A DNA stretch of 64,000 nt from Desulfatiglandales bacterium (GCA_963667015.2 CAXXJJ010000004.1:64001-128000); one strand, 5' to 3'; counted from the stretch's first letter, positions 50,680 to 61,110 are shown. A program made the numbers and translations. The notes: a model not told the origin generated them from the sequence alone.

Positions 50680-51503
50680 ATGCGGAGAATATTAACAAGT
50701 CTACTGTTTTTATGTTTTATTGCTTTTATTTATTCCTGTGGATCCGGGACAGAAACTTCAACGTTATTATCCTATATAAGTAATCCCCGCCTTTCTTTCG
50801 AAACAAGAATTTTTGATAATGCCAGTCTTATTAAAAATAAAAAAAGTCTGGATGCTCATTTGAAAACACTGTATGACGCTGCTGATATTGATATGGTTGT
50901 TGTTATTATTCCAGATCTTCAGGGCAATGATATTGATGATATTGCAAACAGGCTGCTTTCAAACTGGAAAATCGGAGAGAACACAAACGGGCAGAAAGGT
51001 ATTCTGTTCCTTTTAAGTATTGAGGAGGAACTGGTCAGATTTGAGATCGGCTATGATCTTGAATGGATCTATCCTGACAGCTTTGTCGGATACATAGAGA
51101 GGGATCAGATGGCCCCGTTTTTTCAGACAGGGCGGATTCAGACAGGAATCGCTGCAACCCTTGAAATGATTATTGCACGCGCCAATGAAGAAATGGATAC
51201 CGCCTCTTATGACCCTGCAAAGAAGTAAGGGACACAAGAGGAAAGACATTCAAGATCTTTACTGAAGAAGACCTGGCGATAATCGTATTTGAAACCAAAT
51301 ACAGAAACTGTTCCCCTGTATACCTGATAAAAAATGGTGAAGGATGGCAACTTGATATAGCAACCATGTCCGGGACAATACAGCTCAATATGAAGAATCA
51401 TGCTCATATGAAGACGAGTAAGTACACCCCGCTTTTTTATGAAAACGGTTTTACTTTTGATGATAATGGTTTTTTATATTATAAGGGAGAAAATAACGAA
51501 TAA
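50680..51503 (+). pseudogene. TPM-domain lipoprotein, disrupted (intact TPM to 51228; C-terminal remnant in another frame to 51503)
   Basis: IYSC lipobox; WKIG..GILFLLS..VRFEIGYDLEWIYPDSFVG; downstream startless frame KTFKIFTEEDLAII..CSPVYL..WQLDIATM..FTFDDNGF. Confidence 0.6.
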
Positions 51504-51543
51504 TTAATTTTTGATAAACTCATTAAATTTGGGAGGGAATGGC

Positions 51544-51951
51544 ATGTCAACAGAAGAAAATAAGGAAATTGTTCGCCGTGTTATAGAAGAGATTGTCAAT
51601 AAGGGGGATCTTTCGTTAGCAGATGAAGTCCTCGCCGCTAATTATATCTATCATTTTCCTACACATGACATCCATGGACCGGAAGGCTTTAAGGCGTTTG
51701 TGACTTCCATGCGCAGGGCTTTTCCTGATCTGTATGTCAGTATTATAGATCTTATTGCAGAAGGTGATAAAGTAGCAGCACGTGTTATAATGCAGGGAAC
51801 GTTTAAAGGTGAGTTGAATGGAATATCTCCTACTGGCAAAAAACTCACATTCCCGGAAGCCGTTTTTGTCAGGTTTGAGAATGGCAAAGAAGTGGAGGCA
51901 ACGGCGTATGGTAATATGAAAGCATTTAATGAACAACTTGGTTTGGCTTGA
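51544..51951 (+). CDS. SnoaL-like ester cyclase family protein
   Basis: MSTEENKEIVRR, AFPDL, IAEGDKVAAR, GISPTGK. Confidence 0.9.
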   Translation: MSTEENKEIVRRVIEEIVNKGDLSLADEVLAANYIYHFPTHDIHGPEGFKAFVTSMRRAFPDLYVSIIDLIAEGDKVAARVIMQGTFKGELNGISPTGKKLTFPEAVFVRFENGKEVEATAYGNMKAFNEQLGLA

Positions 51952-51965
51952 GAGAATAATACCAG

Positions 51966-53183
51966 ATGCATATTTTACTAATCCTGGGTCTTATTATGGC
52001 CGTTGGTCTCGCCGGCGGGAGACTCTTTGAGCGCTTTGGTATTCCACAGGTTGTCGGATATATTGTCATTGGCGTTCTGCTTGGAGACTCGGTACTGCAT
52101 TTCTTACCGGTCAAGACACTTGATGATCTGGCTCCCCTAACCTCAATTGCCCTCGCATTTATAGGGTTTATGGTCGGAGGAGAGCTTAAATATTCCATAT
52201 TTAAAAAATATGGAAAACAGTTCTTCAGTATCCTGCTTTCCGAAGGACTGCTGGCCATGTTTCTTGTAAGCTTCCTGACCATACTGTTAACAAAAAATAT
52301 ACCCCTGGGTATCCTGCTTGGTGCCCTCAGTTCAGCAACAGCACCTGCCGCTACTGTAGACGTTCTCTGGGAATATCACTCCAAGGGACCATTGACTTCT
52401 ACTATATTAGCCATTGTGGCGCTCGATGACGGACTGGCGCTTTTCCTGTACGGATTTGCCTTTGCCTTTGCAAATGTGCTTGTTACAGGCGGCGATCTGA
52501 GTATCAAGATCATGCTGGTACAACCGCTTATTGAGATCTTTGGTTCGCTCGTACTGGGAATTTTAATCGCCCTTATCGTAGACCAGGTTTTGCGCTGGAT
52601 TAAAACAAGGGACGACCAGTTAGTGGTAAATGTCGCGGCAATATTACTGGCAAGCGGTATTTCCCGGTATTTTGACCTTTCCCTTATTCTGACAAACATG
52701 GCTGTGGGCTTGACACTGACCAACCTGCATCAGGATAGAAACGAGTCAAATTTCGAGATAGTAAAGGAGTTTGTACCGCCGATCTATATTATTTTCTTTT
52801 TATTTGTAGGCGCCAGGCTTCAGATAGGCCTTCTGCCGTCCATGGGAATGCTTGGGATTCTATATGTTCTGGGCCGGACTGTCGGTAAATGGGCAGGCGC
52901 TTATCTGGGATCAGTTATTTCAAGTGCATCCCCTGCAGTTAAAAAATATCTTGGATTTGCACTTTTCTCACAGGCTGGCGTTGCCATTGGGCTTGCTCTT
53001 GATATTTACCAGCACTTTGGAAAATTCGGAACCGCAGGCGAACAACTGGGACACACGGTCATCAATGTAATTGCTGCTACTACGCTGCTGGTTCAAATAA
53101 TTGGTCCGCCTTCTGTAAAATTTGCAATATCAAGGGCCGGTGAAATCCCAAAACAAATGCAAAATAAAGGCAGGGGGGAGTAA
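51966..53183 (+). CDS. Cation:proton antiporter (CPA family)
   Basis: Multi-TM; ATAPAAT, GPLTSTILAIVALDD, FFLFVGA, SQAGVAIGLA. Confidence 0.9.
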   Translation: MHILLILGLIMAVGLAGGRLFERFGIPQVVGYIVIGVLLGDSVLHFLPVKTLDDLAPLTSIALAFIGFMVGGELKYSIFKKYGKQFFSILLSEGLLAMFLVSFLTILLTKNIPLGILLGALSSATAPAATVDVLWEYHSKGPLTSTILAIVALDDGLALFLYGFAFAFANVLVTGGDLSIKIMLVQPLIEIFGSLVLGILIALIVDQVLRWIKTRDDQLVVNVAAILLASGISRYFDLSLILTNMAVGLTLTNLHQDRNESNFEIVKEFVPPIYIIFFLFVGARLQIGLLPSMGMLGILYVLGRTVGKWAGAYLGSVISSASPAVKKYLGFALFSQAGVAIGLALDIYQHFGKFGTAGEQLGHTVINVIAATTLLVQIIGPPSVKFAISRAGEIPKQMQNKGRGE

Positions 53184-53185
53184 TC

Positions 53186-53650
53186 ATGGAGGTAATATTT
53201 ATTAAAGACCTTCGTCCATATAATACTGTCGCCAATGTGTCTGAATATATGGCCATCCGCTCGATGGCTGAATTAATTGTAAAGCATCCGGAGATACATT
53301 ATTTCTGTGTTGTTGATGACTCGGATAATTTAATGGGCCTCATAAGCCGCAAGCGATTGTTTAAGGCGATTTTTTCACATCATGTCTCTGCCGGTTCAAA
53401 GGTTACAGAACTCTACTCTCTGCTGACATCGGAAAACGCAGCTGATCTACTTATAAAGCATGTCATTACCTGTAAAGAATCTGACCAGGTGGATGAAGTC
53501 GTTAACAAGATGATCACGCGTCGTCTAAATGCCATACCGGTACTGAATAAAGCGGGAAAGCATGAAGGCCTGATCACTATTGAAATGCTCCTCGAAAAAT
53601 GGCTTGAAAAAAGAGGTGATATTTTTGGTCATCATACAGAAAAATTATAA
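53186..53650 (+). CDS. CBS domain protein
   Basis: FCVVDDSDNLMGLIS; AIPVLNKAGKHEGLIT. Confidence 0.85.
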   Translation: MEVIFIKDLRPYNTVANVSEYMAIRSMAELIVKHPEIHYFCVVDDSDNLMGLISRKRLFKAIFSHHVSAGSKVTELYSLLTSENAADLLIKHVITCKESDQVDEVVNKMITRRLNAIPVLNKAGKHEGLITIEMLLEKWLEKRGDIFGHHTEKL

Positions 53651-53670
53651 ACAATAGATGAGGTACAACC

Positions 53671-53934
53671 ATGAAGAAAGCTATGATAACGTTTTTGATT
53701 ACCCTTTTTTTCTCTCCGGTTTTATTTTCAATTGAAATTGCAGGTGTTAAGGTGCCTGACAGTATTACAGCCGGAGAGACCAGGCTTGCTTTAAACGGTG
53801 CCGGAACAAGAACAAAATATTCTTCATCAAAGGTTAATATAAAAGGATTGGAATTCAAAAAAGCCCTTTTCGGAATCTGGCTCTGTGACAAACCTGCGCA
53901 AAAGAGTCTGAAACAGGAAATGCTTGGGAAGTGA
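53671..53934 (+). pseudogene. Chalcone-isomerase-like (Chalcone_3) protein with in-frame internal deletion
   Basis: Signal peptide + EIAGVKVPD..LALNGAGTRTK joined to IKGLEFKKALFGIWL.DKPAQKSLKQEMLG; central part missing. Confidence 0.7.
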
Positions 53935-54479
53935 TAAAAAAGGTTAGCGATCAGGGGAATTAGATCGAGCCTATCTTCTGGCAAAATTTCGTAAAAACAA
54001 TCAATAAAGCTCGCTTAGATATGAATATTCCTTATTGTATCAAAATCAGAGGAAGTATTAACTTCAATCACAATTTTTTATTTGTTATCGATAGTATTTT
54101 AATAATATAATTATATCTTTAACTTGTAAGATTGGAAAGTTTTGGTTAAATAGCCAGAAATAATTAAAATCTTAATGTTCCAGATGAAGACTATTGAAAT
54201 CTCAAATGTTGATTTTCAAGCGACCTTCAACTCACTAAATTTGAAACACCTATTCAAAAAAATAATTTAATACTGCTGATCATTTTTACAGTGGAATAAA
54301 TTACCATTGAATTTAAAATTAAAAATCACAATGTCTGCTTCATAAACGAAAAAAACCGGTTACTCTATTCTTAACATTTTCCAGGTCAATTTTATGAATC
54401 TCTATTTTTGGCATTAAAAGCTAGGTTTTTTTGTTTTTAATCAATTAATAGATTTATTAACAAAAAAGGAGGATAGAAT

Positions 54480-55544
54480 ATGTCCAAGAAGCTATTTATC
54501 AGTGATGTTCATTTGGGTGCCGGTAGATTCAGTGAAGAGAGCCAGGAAAATAAAAAATATAAAAACGAATGGGACTGGCTTTCGATTGAAGAAACTAAAA
54601 ATTTTATAAATTTTATTCGGTTTCTTCATTCAAGTTATATTAACGAAATAGAGGAGGTCGTATTGCTGGGGGATATTTTTGATAATTGGGTTTTTCCATA
54701 CGATATGGTTCCTCCTACCATAGAGGAGTTAATGAGTGCGCCGAAGAATTTATCAGTTGTGGAAGAATTGAAAATACTTTCTCAAAAAACAAAAGTCTAT
54801 TATGTTCCAGGTAATCACGATATGAACGCGACAGTTGAAATCATGGAAAGTATATTTCCGGGAATTATCTACTGCCCCAAAATATTCTCGAGCGGACGCT
54901 TGATTGCAGAACACGGGCATCGTTACGCACTGTTCAATGCTCCTCCGCGTTTTTCTAAAAATATAATGGGATATCCCCTGGGCTACTTTATTTCAAGAAT
55001 TGAAGCCACCAAAATGGCTTTGACAAATAGTCAAGCACGTTCTTATCATACTTACGTGGACGATTTTATTGAGATGTTTGGTGAGCAGACATTACCGCAA
55101 AGCGTTTTTGAAGCAGTTATTGAAGAAGCCGGGCTTGATGAGAATATTGAATTTAAGATAAAACGAAAAAACGGGCTCGTACAATCTGTGTCAGCGAGAG
55201 AGGTGAAAGAAGTTTATAAGGATATTTATAATGATTGGCCGAACTCAATTGTTTCCAAACAGCGCGCGGTTTTTGCAGAACTCGATATGCTTGGCCCTAT
55301 AGCGGATAAGATTTGTAAAGATGGATACTACCAAGTCTGTATTTTAGGGCACAGCCATAAAAGTGACATTGATAAGGACACATGGTTTGTGAATAAGAGG
55401 ATCTACGCAAACTCAGGTTATTGGTGCGGTGAGAATTGCACGTTTATTGAAGCGGAAAAAACAAATGAGGGCTATGATGTAAATCTCGTAAGATGGATGG
55501 GTAATAATGAGGTCGCACGGGAGAAGAACGAATCAATACCATAA
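54480..55544 (+). CDS. Calcineurin-like metallophosphoesterase
   Basis: SDVHLG, LGDIFD, GNHD, EHGH, GHSH, NSG motifs. Confidence 0.85.
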   Translation: MSKKLFISDVHLGAGRFSEESQENKKYKNEWDWLSIEETKNFINFIRFLHSSYINEIEEVVLLGDIFDNWVFPYDMVPPTIEELMSAPKNLSVVEELKILSQKTKVYYVPGNHDMNATVEIMESIFPGIIYCPKIFSSGRLIAEHGHRYALFNAPPRFSKNIMGYPLGYFISRIEATKMALTNSQARSYHTYVDDFIEMFGEQTLPQSVFEAVIEEAGLDENIEFKIKRKNGLVQSVSAREVKEVYKDIYNDWPNSIVSKQRAVFAELDMLGPIADKICKDGYYQVCILGHSHKSDIDKDTWFVNKRIYANSGYWCGENCTFIEAEKTNEGYDVNLVRWMGNNEVAREKNESIP

Positions 55545-55962
55545 TATTATTGTAATACGACTTCATTTTAAAAAACAGTGAGGCCGTTATAGACATGCTC
55601 TTTTATGGCCTCGCTATATGTTAAAACAGATTTCATTTAGACTGTTACCTGGACTCTGGGCATAGCGAAAAGAGACGTGTAATCTGCTCAGAAAGAACAT
55701 GATGGACTTACCTCAGAAGATGGACTTTCATCAATATTATCAATCCAGTATGCTTATTAGCAAATGGTTATTTCCCTTTCGATTTAAAAAATTCAGTTAG
55801 ATTTTTCCTTATATCTATGGTATACATTAACCGTTTTAAATTTGCATATGTTATTGCTTTAACCCACGATATTTAACGTATTAAATTTTAGTCTTAACGC
55901 AACGCCTTTTTTATATATGTTGTTTTTTAACGCGTGTTAACTCATCTGGAGACACATCAACA

Positions 55963-58017
55963 ATGCCTGACTATAAAAGAAAACTTGCCGCTATATTCAG
56001 CGCGGATGTTGCCGGTTACAGCCGCCTCATGGGAGATAATGAGGCACTTACTGTAGAGACCCTTACAGAATACAGGGAAGTGATGTATTCATTGATAAAG
56101 CAGCACAGGGGTCGTGTAATCGATTCACCCGGGGATAACCTGCTTGCTGAGTTTGCCAGTGTTGTTGATGCAGCCCAGTGTGCAGTAGCCATCCAGAAAG
56201 AAATACAGTCAAGAAATCTCTCCCTGCAGGAAGACCGCAGGATGCAGTTTCGTATCGGTATCAACCTTGGTGATGTGATTGAAGAAGGTGAAAGTTTATA
56301 TGGCGACGGTGTTAATATAGCAGCCAGGCTTGAGTCGCTGGCTGACCCGGGCGGTATCTGTATATCAAAGACGGCCTTTGATCATATAGAAAGCAAGCTT
56401 CCCCTGGGTTATGAGTTTATAGGAGAACAGACTGTTAAGAATATTTCAAAACCTGTGTTTGCCTATAAGGTTATTATGGATCCAAGGGTTGTTACAGCCA
56501 GCATAATTAAAAGGGTAAAAAATAAATCATTTTGGTCGATCAGAAACCTTCTCATTACATGCGGGATCGTTGTTCTTCTTTTGATTATCGCCTCTGTTTT
56601 GGGCATTATTCCCAGGTGCTCTGCTCCTAAGACAGCTAAAAGGGATGACCAGAGGCCTTCTATCGTGGTGCTGCCATTTAGAAATATGAGTGGTGATCCC
56701 GGTCAGGAGTCCTTCAGTGATGGCATTACTGAAGAATTGATTCATTCTCTTGCCAGAATAGATGGACTCAGGCTTATCTCCCGAACAACCTCTTTCTATT
56801 ATAAGGGTAAGAATGTTTCTCTTCCCACAATAGGAAATGAGCTGGGCGTTACACACGTGCTGGAAGGCAGTGTAAGGAAGGATGAGAATAATCTGCGTGT
56901 TACTGTGCAGCTTATAAGTGTGGCTGATGATACACACCTCTTGTCCCTTACCTACGACCGGGAACTGAAAGATATCTTTGTTGTTCAGGAAGAAATATCA
57001 AAAGCTGTTGCTGAAAAATTGAAGATTAAACTTTTGGGGAATGAATATGAAAACGAAGCCCCATCAATAGTTGAACACGAGCGTCGTGTCGGCATTAATG
57101 TTGTGATTGACGATGATGAAATAATAACAGGAGGTCTCCTTGCTACCGGTTTTAATATTGATATGGCCGGTTCAGTAAAAGGGGGGCTTAAGGTATATGG
57201 CGCTAATGTTGAGATCTCGGGTATCAGCCAGGATGTGGTAGATTTCTGGGCAATGAACGCTACACTTTCAGGTGATTTTAAGGATAAGGTTAAGGGATCA
57301 GCAGAAAAACTTACTATATCGGGTACATTTGAAAAAGATCTTGAAATTGATGCCAGGAAAATAACCATTACCTCAACAGCCGTGATCAATGGAGATTTTA
57401 TTTATTCCGGTGTGCTTGACAGAAAAGACGGTTCCCGGATAAACGGTGAAATTACAGAGACAAAAAAGGTCACTCCGGAAGCCTTCTCCTTTGAGGAGAT
57501 GCCTGAGGAAAAAAGCGGATTGGCAATTATACTGGGAAAACTTTATTGGTGCGCCTGTTTTTTTATTTTAGGCGTTTTCGCATATTTCCTCTTTCCAAAA
57601 CAGAATGAAAAAATATTATCTGCCATTTCATGTAATTCATTTTTTAAAACCATTTGGAAGGGATTTTTATTTATTATTACTTCTACTGTCATAATTGTCC
57701 TGGCATTCCTTTCATTTGTGGGAATATCTGTCGGAATTATTTATTCATGCTTTTTTAGTATTATCATGAGCTCAGCGCTGCTTTATGGTTATCTATGGGC
57801 CGGTAGAAAACTGTTGAACCTCATAAAGGCTTCTTTTGCAGATAAATATTTTATCTCATTAATCACTGGAATTATTGTAATTGAGGCCTTGTCAATGATT
57901 CCATATGTTGGCTGGATTGCAAAGGTTATTCCCTTTTTACTGGGGGTAAGCGCAATGTGGCAGGTAACACGAGCCGCTTTAAAATCTGAAAAAGCAGAGG
58001 TCCAGACAGAAAGTTAA
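55963..58017 (+). CDS. Class III adenylate/guanylate cyclase with TolB-N-like, beta-solenoid and multi-TM domains
   Basis: ADVAGYSRLM, GDNLLAEF, RIGINLGDV, GDGVNIAARLE; PSIVVLPFRNMSGD..DGITEELI; repeated xxISG beta segments; C-terminal TMs. Confidence 0.85.
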   Translation: MPDYKRKLAAIFSADVAGYSRLMGDNEALTVETLTEYREVMYSLIKQHRGRVIDSPGDNLLAEFASVVDAAQCAVAIQKEIQSRNLSLQEDRRMQFRIGINLGDVIEEGESLYGDGVNIAARLESLADPGGICISKTAFDHIESKLPLGYEFIGEQTVKNISKPVFAYKVIMDPRVVTASIIKRVKNKSFWSIRNLLITCGIVVLLLIIASVLGIIPRCSAPKTAKRDDQRPSIVVLPFRNMSGDPGQESFSDGITEELIHSLARIDGLRLISRTTSFYYKGKNVSLPTIGNELGVTHVLEGSVRKDENNLRVTVQLISVADDTHLLSLTYDRELKDIFVVQEEISKAVAEKLKIKLLGNEYENEAPSIVEHERRVGINVVIDDDEIITGGLLATGFNIDMAGSVKGGLKVYGANVEISGISQDVVDFWAMNATLSGDFKDKVKGSAEKLTISGTFEKDLEIDARKITITSTAVINGDFIYSGVLDRKDGSRINGEITETKKVTPEAFSFEEMPEEKSGLAIILGKLYWCACFFILGVFAYFLFPKQNEKILSAISCNSFFKTIWKGFLFIITSTVIIVLAFLSFVGISVGIIYSCFFSIIMSSALLYGYLWAGRKLLNLIKASFADKYFISLITGIIVIEALSMIPYVGWIAKVIPFLLGVSAMWQVTRAALKSEKAEVQTES

Positions 58018-58045
58018 AGACCCGCATTTTTCCCTGGCAAGTCGA

Positions 58046-60295
58046 TCAGGAACTGAAATTATTAACATAATTATTTAATTGATCACATAATTCAAAAGAA
58101 ACTTCACAGTCCATACCCTCAACACTCAATACCGGAACTGCCCCAATAAGTGAATTTGTTATGATCAGATTGTCCGAAGGACTCAGGTCGACGATGGATA
58201 TGCATCTGTCTGTTATATAGTAACCTTCTGCTTTCAGGAATTCACAGACATTCTTTTCCATTACGCCTCTCAATACATGTTGTGAAGCGGGTCTGATAAC
58301 CTTTTTTCCCCTTATTACCAGAATATTTGCGGTATTAGTTTCTGATATGCTTTTATCTGGATTTAAAATAATTGCTTCATCAAACCCGTTTTCTTTTGCC
58401 CATTTTCCGGCCATAAAATAGTAGAGATAATTAAGTGTTTTATGGTCAGCGAGTGGAGACTGTCTTGGCGGCGGATATATACCCAGCCTGAGGCCTCTTT
58501 CCTTTTTGCCTTCAAGCCTGTGGGTATATTTTTTTGCTGTTACAAAAATATTGTGATTATAGGGGGGCAGAACCCTGTCCCCATGGGTGGTCATGATCTT
58601 TACTGCAGCGGCACTGCTATCCAGATCATTTCTGAGGATAACCTGGCTGATTATTTCATCCCATGTGAGGTCGGGAAAGGGCCTGTTAAACAGGATTTTC
58701 CATGCCAGTTTAAACCTTTCCATATGATCTTCAAGAAATAGAATTTTGCCTGAATCAACCCTTATTGTCTCAAAAAATCCATAGCCGTACTGCAACCCGA
58801 GGTCAGTAATGGGTACATTTCCTGCTGATAATGTTTTCAGAGATCCGTTTATCCAGGCGATCGGTTCACTTAATTCTTCCGCTTTAATCTGCTGCAGGGT
58901 TTCCATTATGGTTTTTCCTTTATGAAGGGTTTCCCTGAACTCATCCAGTGGATCAGAATCATATACAACTCCTCCACCAAAGGAAAAATATATCCTGTTA
59001 TTATGTATTATGGCAGTGCGTATCGCTATTGAAAGGCCCATGCTTTTATGAAAACTTATATACCCTATGGAACCGGTATAAACATGTCTCCTGTTAGGCT
59101 CCAGTTCGTCTATTATTTCCATGGATCTGATCTTGGGGCATCCTGTTATTGACCCTCCAGGAAAAGTTGCCTTGAGAAGATCCACTTCATCGCACTCCTT
59201 TCTGAGTGTGCCTTCCACTATGCTCACGAGGTGATAGACGTTTTCATAGGCCTCAAGACGCTTGTGCTCCTTTACCTTTACAGATGACGCCTCACACACC
59301 TTTCCTATATCATTTCTCATAAGGTCAACGATCATGGAAAGTTCAGCCTCATCTTTTTTGCTGTTTTCCAGCTGAGACCTGAATAACTTATCCTCTTCGT
59401 CTGTCTTTCCTCGTGGCTTTGTGCCCTTAATGGGCCGGGTCTCGATATAATTCCCCTTCATGTTTAAAAATCTTTCAGGAGAAGTTGAAACAATGTGATG
59501 GTCTCCGGCATTAATATACGCAAAAAACGGGGCAGGATTTCTATTGTATAACTTTTCAAAGAGCTTGAAAGGATCGCCTGAAAAATCCATCTCAAAACGC
59601 TGGGTCATGTTAACCTGATACACATGGCCTGAAGATATATAATCTCTTATTTTTACAATAGCTGATTCGTAATCTTCCTGTGTGAAATTTGAAATACATT
59701 TACTTTTTGATGTTTTTTCACTTTCCTGTGAAATCCCCTGAGCGCCGCCTGTTTCCATTAACAGTGTTTCTGCATCCTCAAAAGATAAAAGAGGGAAACC
59801 ATTCCTTTCAGGAATACAGAGCGTTTCCTCTTTTGTAACTTTGTCGTGTATGAGGATTATAGAAGGAATGGTAAGGTAGACAACAGGCAGATTCAGATCA
59901 TCAATGGATGTGCGAGGCAGTTTTTCCAGATAATCCTTGAGATCATAGGAGAGATAACCCAGGAGGCCGGCGCCTACAGGTATTGAATCAGACGGGTCCT
60001 TGATTTTACAGGAATTTAGTATGGTTTTTAAAGCGTCAAAGGGATCTCCCTTAAACCTGTGATTTTCAGTGTTATCGCTTATGGTTATATAATCGCCTTT
60101 ACCGGAAAAGGTTAACAATGGTCTTATTCCCAGTATATGATAACGTGAACAATCCAGGTCGCCGCCGCTCATGAGGAGAGTTGTTCCGGGTTCGTGTGAA
60201 AAGCCCGCAGCAATACTTATGAAGTCTTCACCCGTATTAATCTTTTTATGCCTGATTCCTGTGAGGCTTTCTGCCAGTTTTTGAATCTCAATCAT
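58046..60295 (-). CDS. pabB: Aminodeoxychorismate synthase component I fused to class IV aminotransferase (ADC lyase)
   Basis: SPERFL, RPIKGT, MIVDLMRND, FPGGSITGCPK; C-terminal YGYGFFET, HKTLNY, SETNTANI. Confidence 0.9.
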   Translation of the reverse strand: MIEIQKLAESLTGIRHKKINTGEDFISIAAGFSHEPGTTLLMSGGDLDCSRYHILGIRPLLTFSGKGDYITISDNTENHRFKGDPFDALKTILNSCKIKDPSDSIPVGAGLLGYLSYDLKDYLEKLPRTSIDDLNLPVVYLTIPSIILIHDKVTKEETLCIPERNGFPLLSFEDAETLLMETGGAQGISQESEKTSKSKCISNFTQEDYESAIVKIRDYISSGHVYQVNMTQRFEMDFSGDPFKLFEKLYNRNPAPFFAYINAGDHHIVSTSPERFLNMKGNYIETRPIKGTKPRGKTDEEDKLFRSQLENSKKDEAELSMIVDLMRNDIGKVCEASSVKVKEHKRLEAYENVYHLVSIVEGTLRKECDEVDLLKATFPGGSITGCPKIRSMEIIDELEPNRRHVYTGSIGYISFHKSMGLSIAIRTAIIHNNRIYFSFGGGVVYDSDPLDEFRETLHKGKTIMETLQQIKAEELSEPIAWINGSLKTLSAGNVPITDLGLQYGYGFFETIRVDSGKILFLEDHMERFKLAWKILFNRPFPDLTWDEIISQVILRNDLDSSAAAVKIMTTHGDRVLPPYNHNIFVTAKKYTHRLEGKKERGLRLGIYPPPRQSPLADHKTLNYLYYFMAGKWAKENGFDEAIILNPDKSISETNTANILVIRGKKVIRPASQHVLRGVMEKNVCEFLKAEGYYITDRCISIVDLSPSDNLIITNSLIGAVPVLSVEGMDCEVSFELCDQLNNYVNNFSS

Positions 60296-60866
60296 TTAAA
60301 ATTCCTAAATCAAGAAAATTTTGAATTATCGTAAATCCGTGTTCGGTTAAAAAACTTTCAGGATGAAACTGAACACCATGAAGAGGATATTCAGGGTGTG
60401 ACAGCCCCATTATTACATTATCCTCACTTTTTGATGTTATCGTCAGGGCATCGTCCTTTGGTTTAACCATTAATGAATGATATCTTGCCGCGAGAAAATT
60501 TTCAGGCACATTCTTGAACAACCCCTGGCTGTTATGCTTGATAATGCTTGTTTTGCCGTGCATGGGAAGAGGGGCCTTTACTGTCTGACCGCCAAAAAGC
60601 TCATTGATGCACTGCATTCCCAGGCATACGCCAAGTGTTGGTAACTTTTTATAATAATGTCTTATAAGGGGGATCGAAACCCCTGTGTGGGAAGGATCCT
60701 TTGGACCCGGGCTTATAAGTATATAATCGGGCTCAATTTGTTCAGCCTCCTCAAGGGTAATTTTATCGGCCCTGTGAACAAATATCTCCAGATTATAATC
60801 CATGAACATCTGGACAAGGTTATATGTGAATGAATCATAATTGTCTATAACCAGAAGTCTTGCCAT
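60288..60866 (-). CDS. pabA: Aminodeoxychorismate/anthranilate synthase component II
   Basis: IDNYDSFTYNL, SPGP, GVCLG, ARYHSL, QFHPES. Confidence 0.92.
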   Translation of the reverse strand: MARLLVIDNYDSFTYNLVQMFMDYNLEIFVHRADKITLEEAEQIEPDYILISPGPKDPSHTGVSIPLIRHYYKKLPTLGVCLGMQCINELFGGQTVKAPLPMHGKTSIIKHNSQGLFKNVPENFLAARYHSLMVKPKDDALTITSKSEDNVIMGLSHPEYPLHGVQFHPESFLTEHGFTIIQNFLDLGILND

Positions 60867-60978
60867 TAATGTCTTCAACTCCGTTTAAAGAAAGTTCAAA
60901 TACCGGTGAAAAGGAATATCCGGCGATGCTCTAAAGAGCTATGCTGTGGTCCATTTCAGGTATTCCAACGGTTAAAAT

Positions 60979-61016
60979 AAAAAAGCCACCCCGACCTTTA
61001 GAGTCTGGATGGCTTT
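60979..61016 (-). terminator. Intrinsic terminator upstream of pabA, in its putative leader
   Basis: Minus strand AAAGCCATCCAGAC-loop-GTCGGGGTGGCTTTTTT. Confidence 0.65.
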
Positions 61017-61110
61017 CACCTAGTGCATAACTCGATTGAATTTGTTCTTAATATATTTTAATTATCGGGTCAAGGAATTCCTTGATCGGTGCCAGAATGA
61101 GAGAATAAGC

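Noticed and set aside
54480..55544. lpxH assignment
   Set aside because: Much longer than typical LpxH, GNHD rather than GNRD, and no lpx context; left at family level
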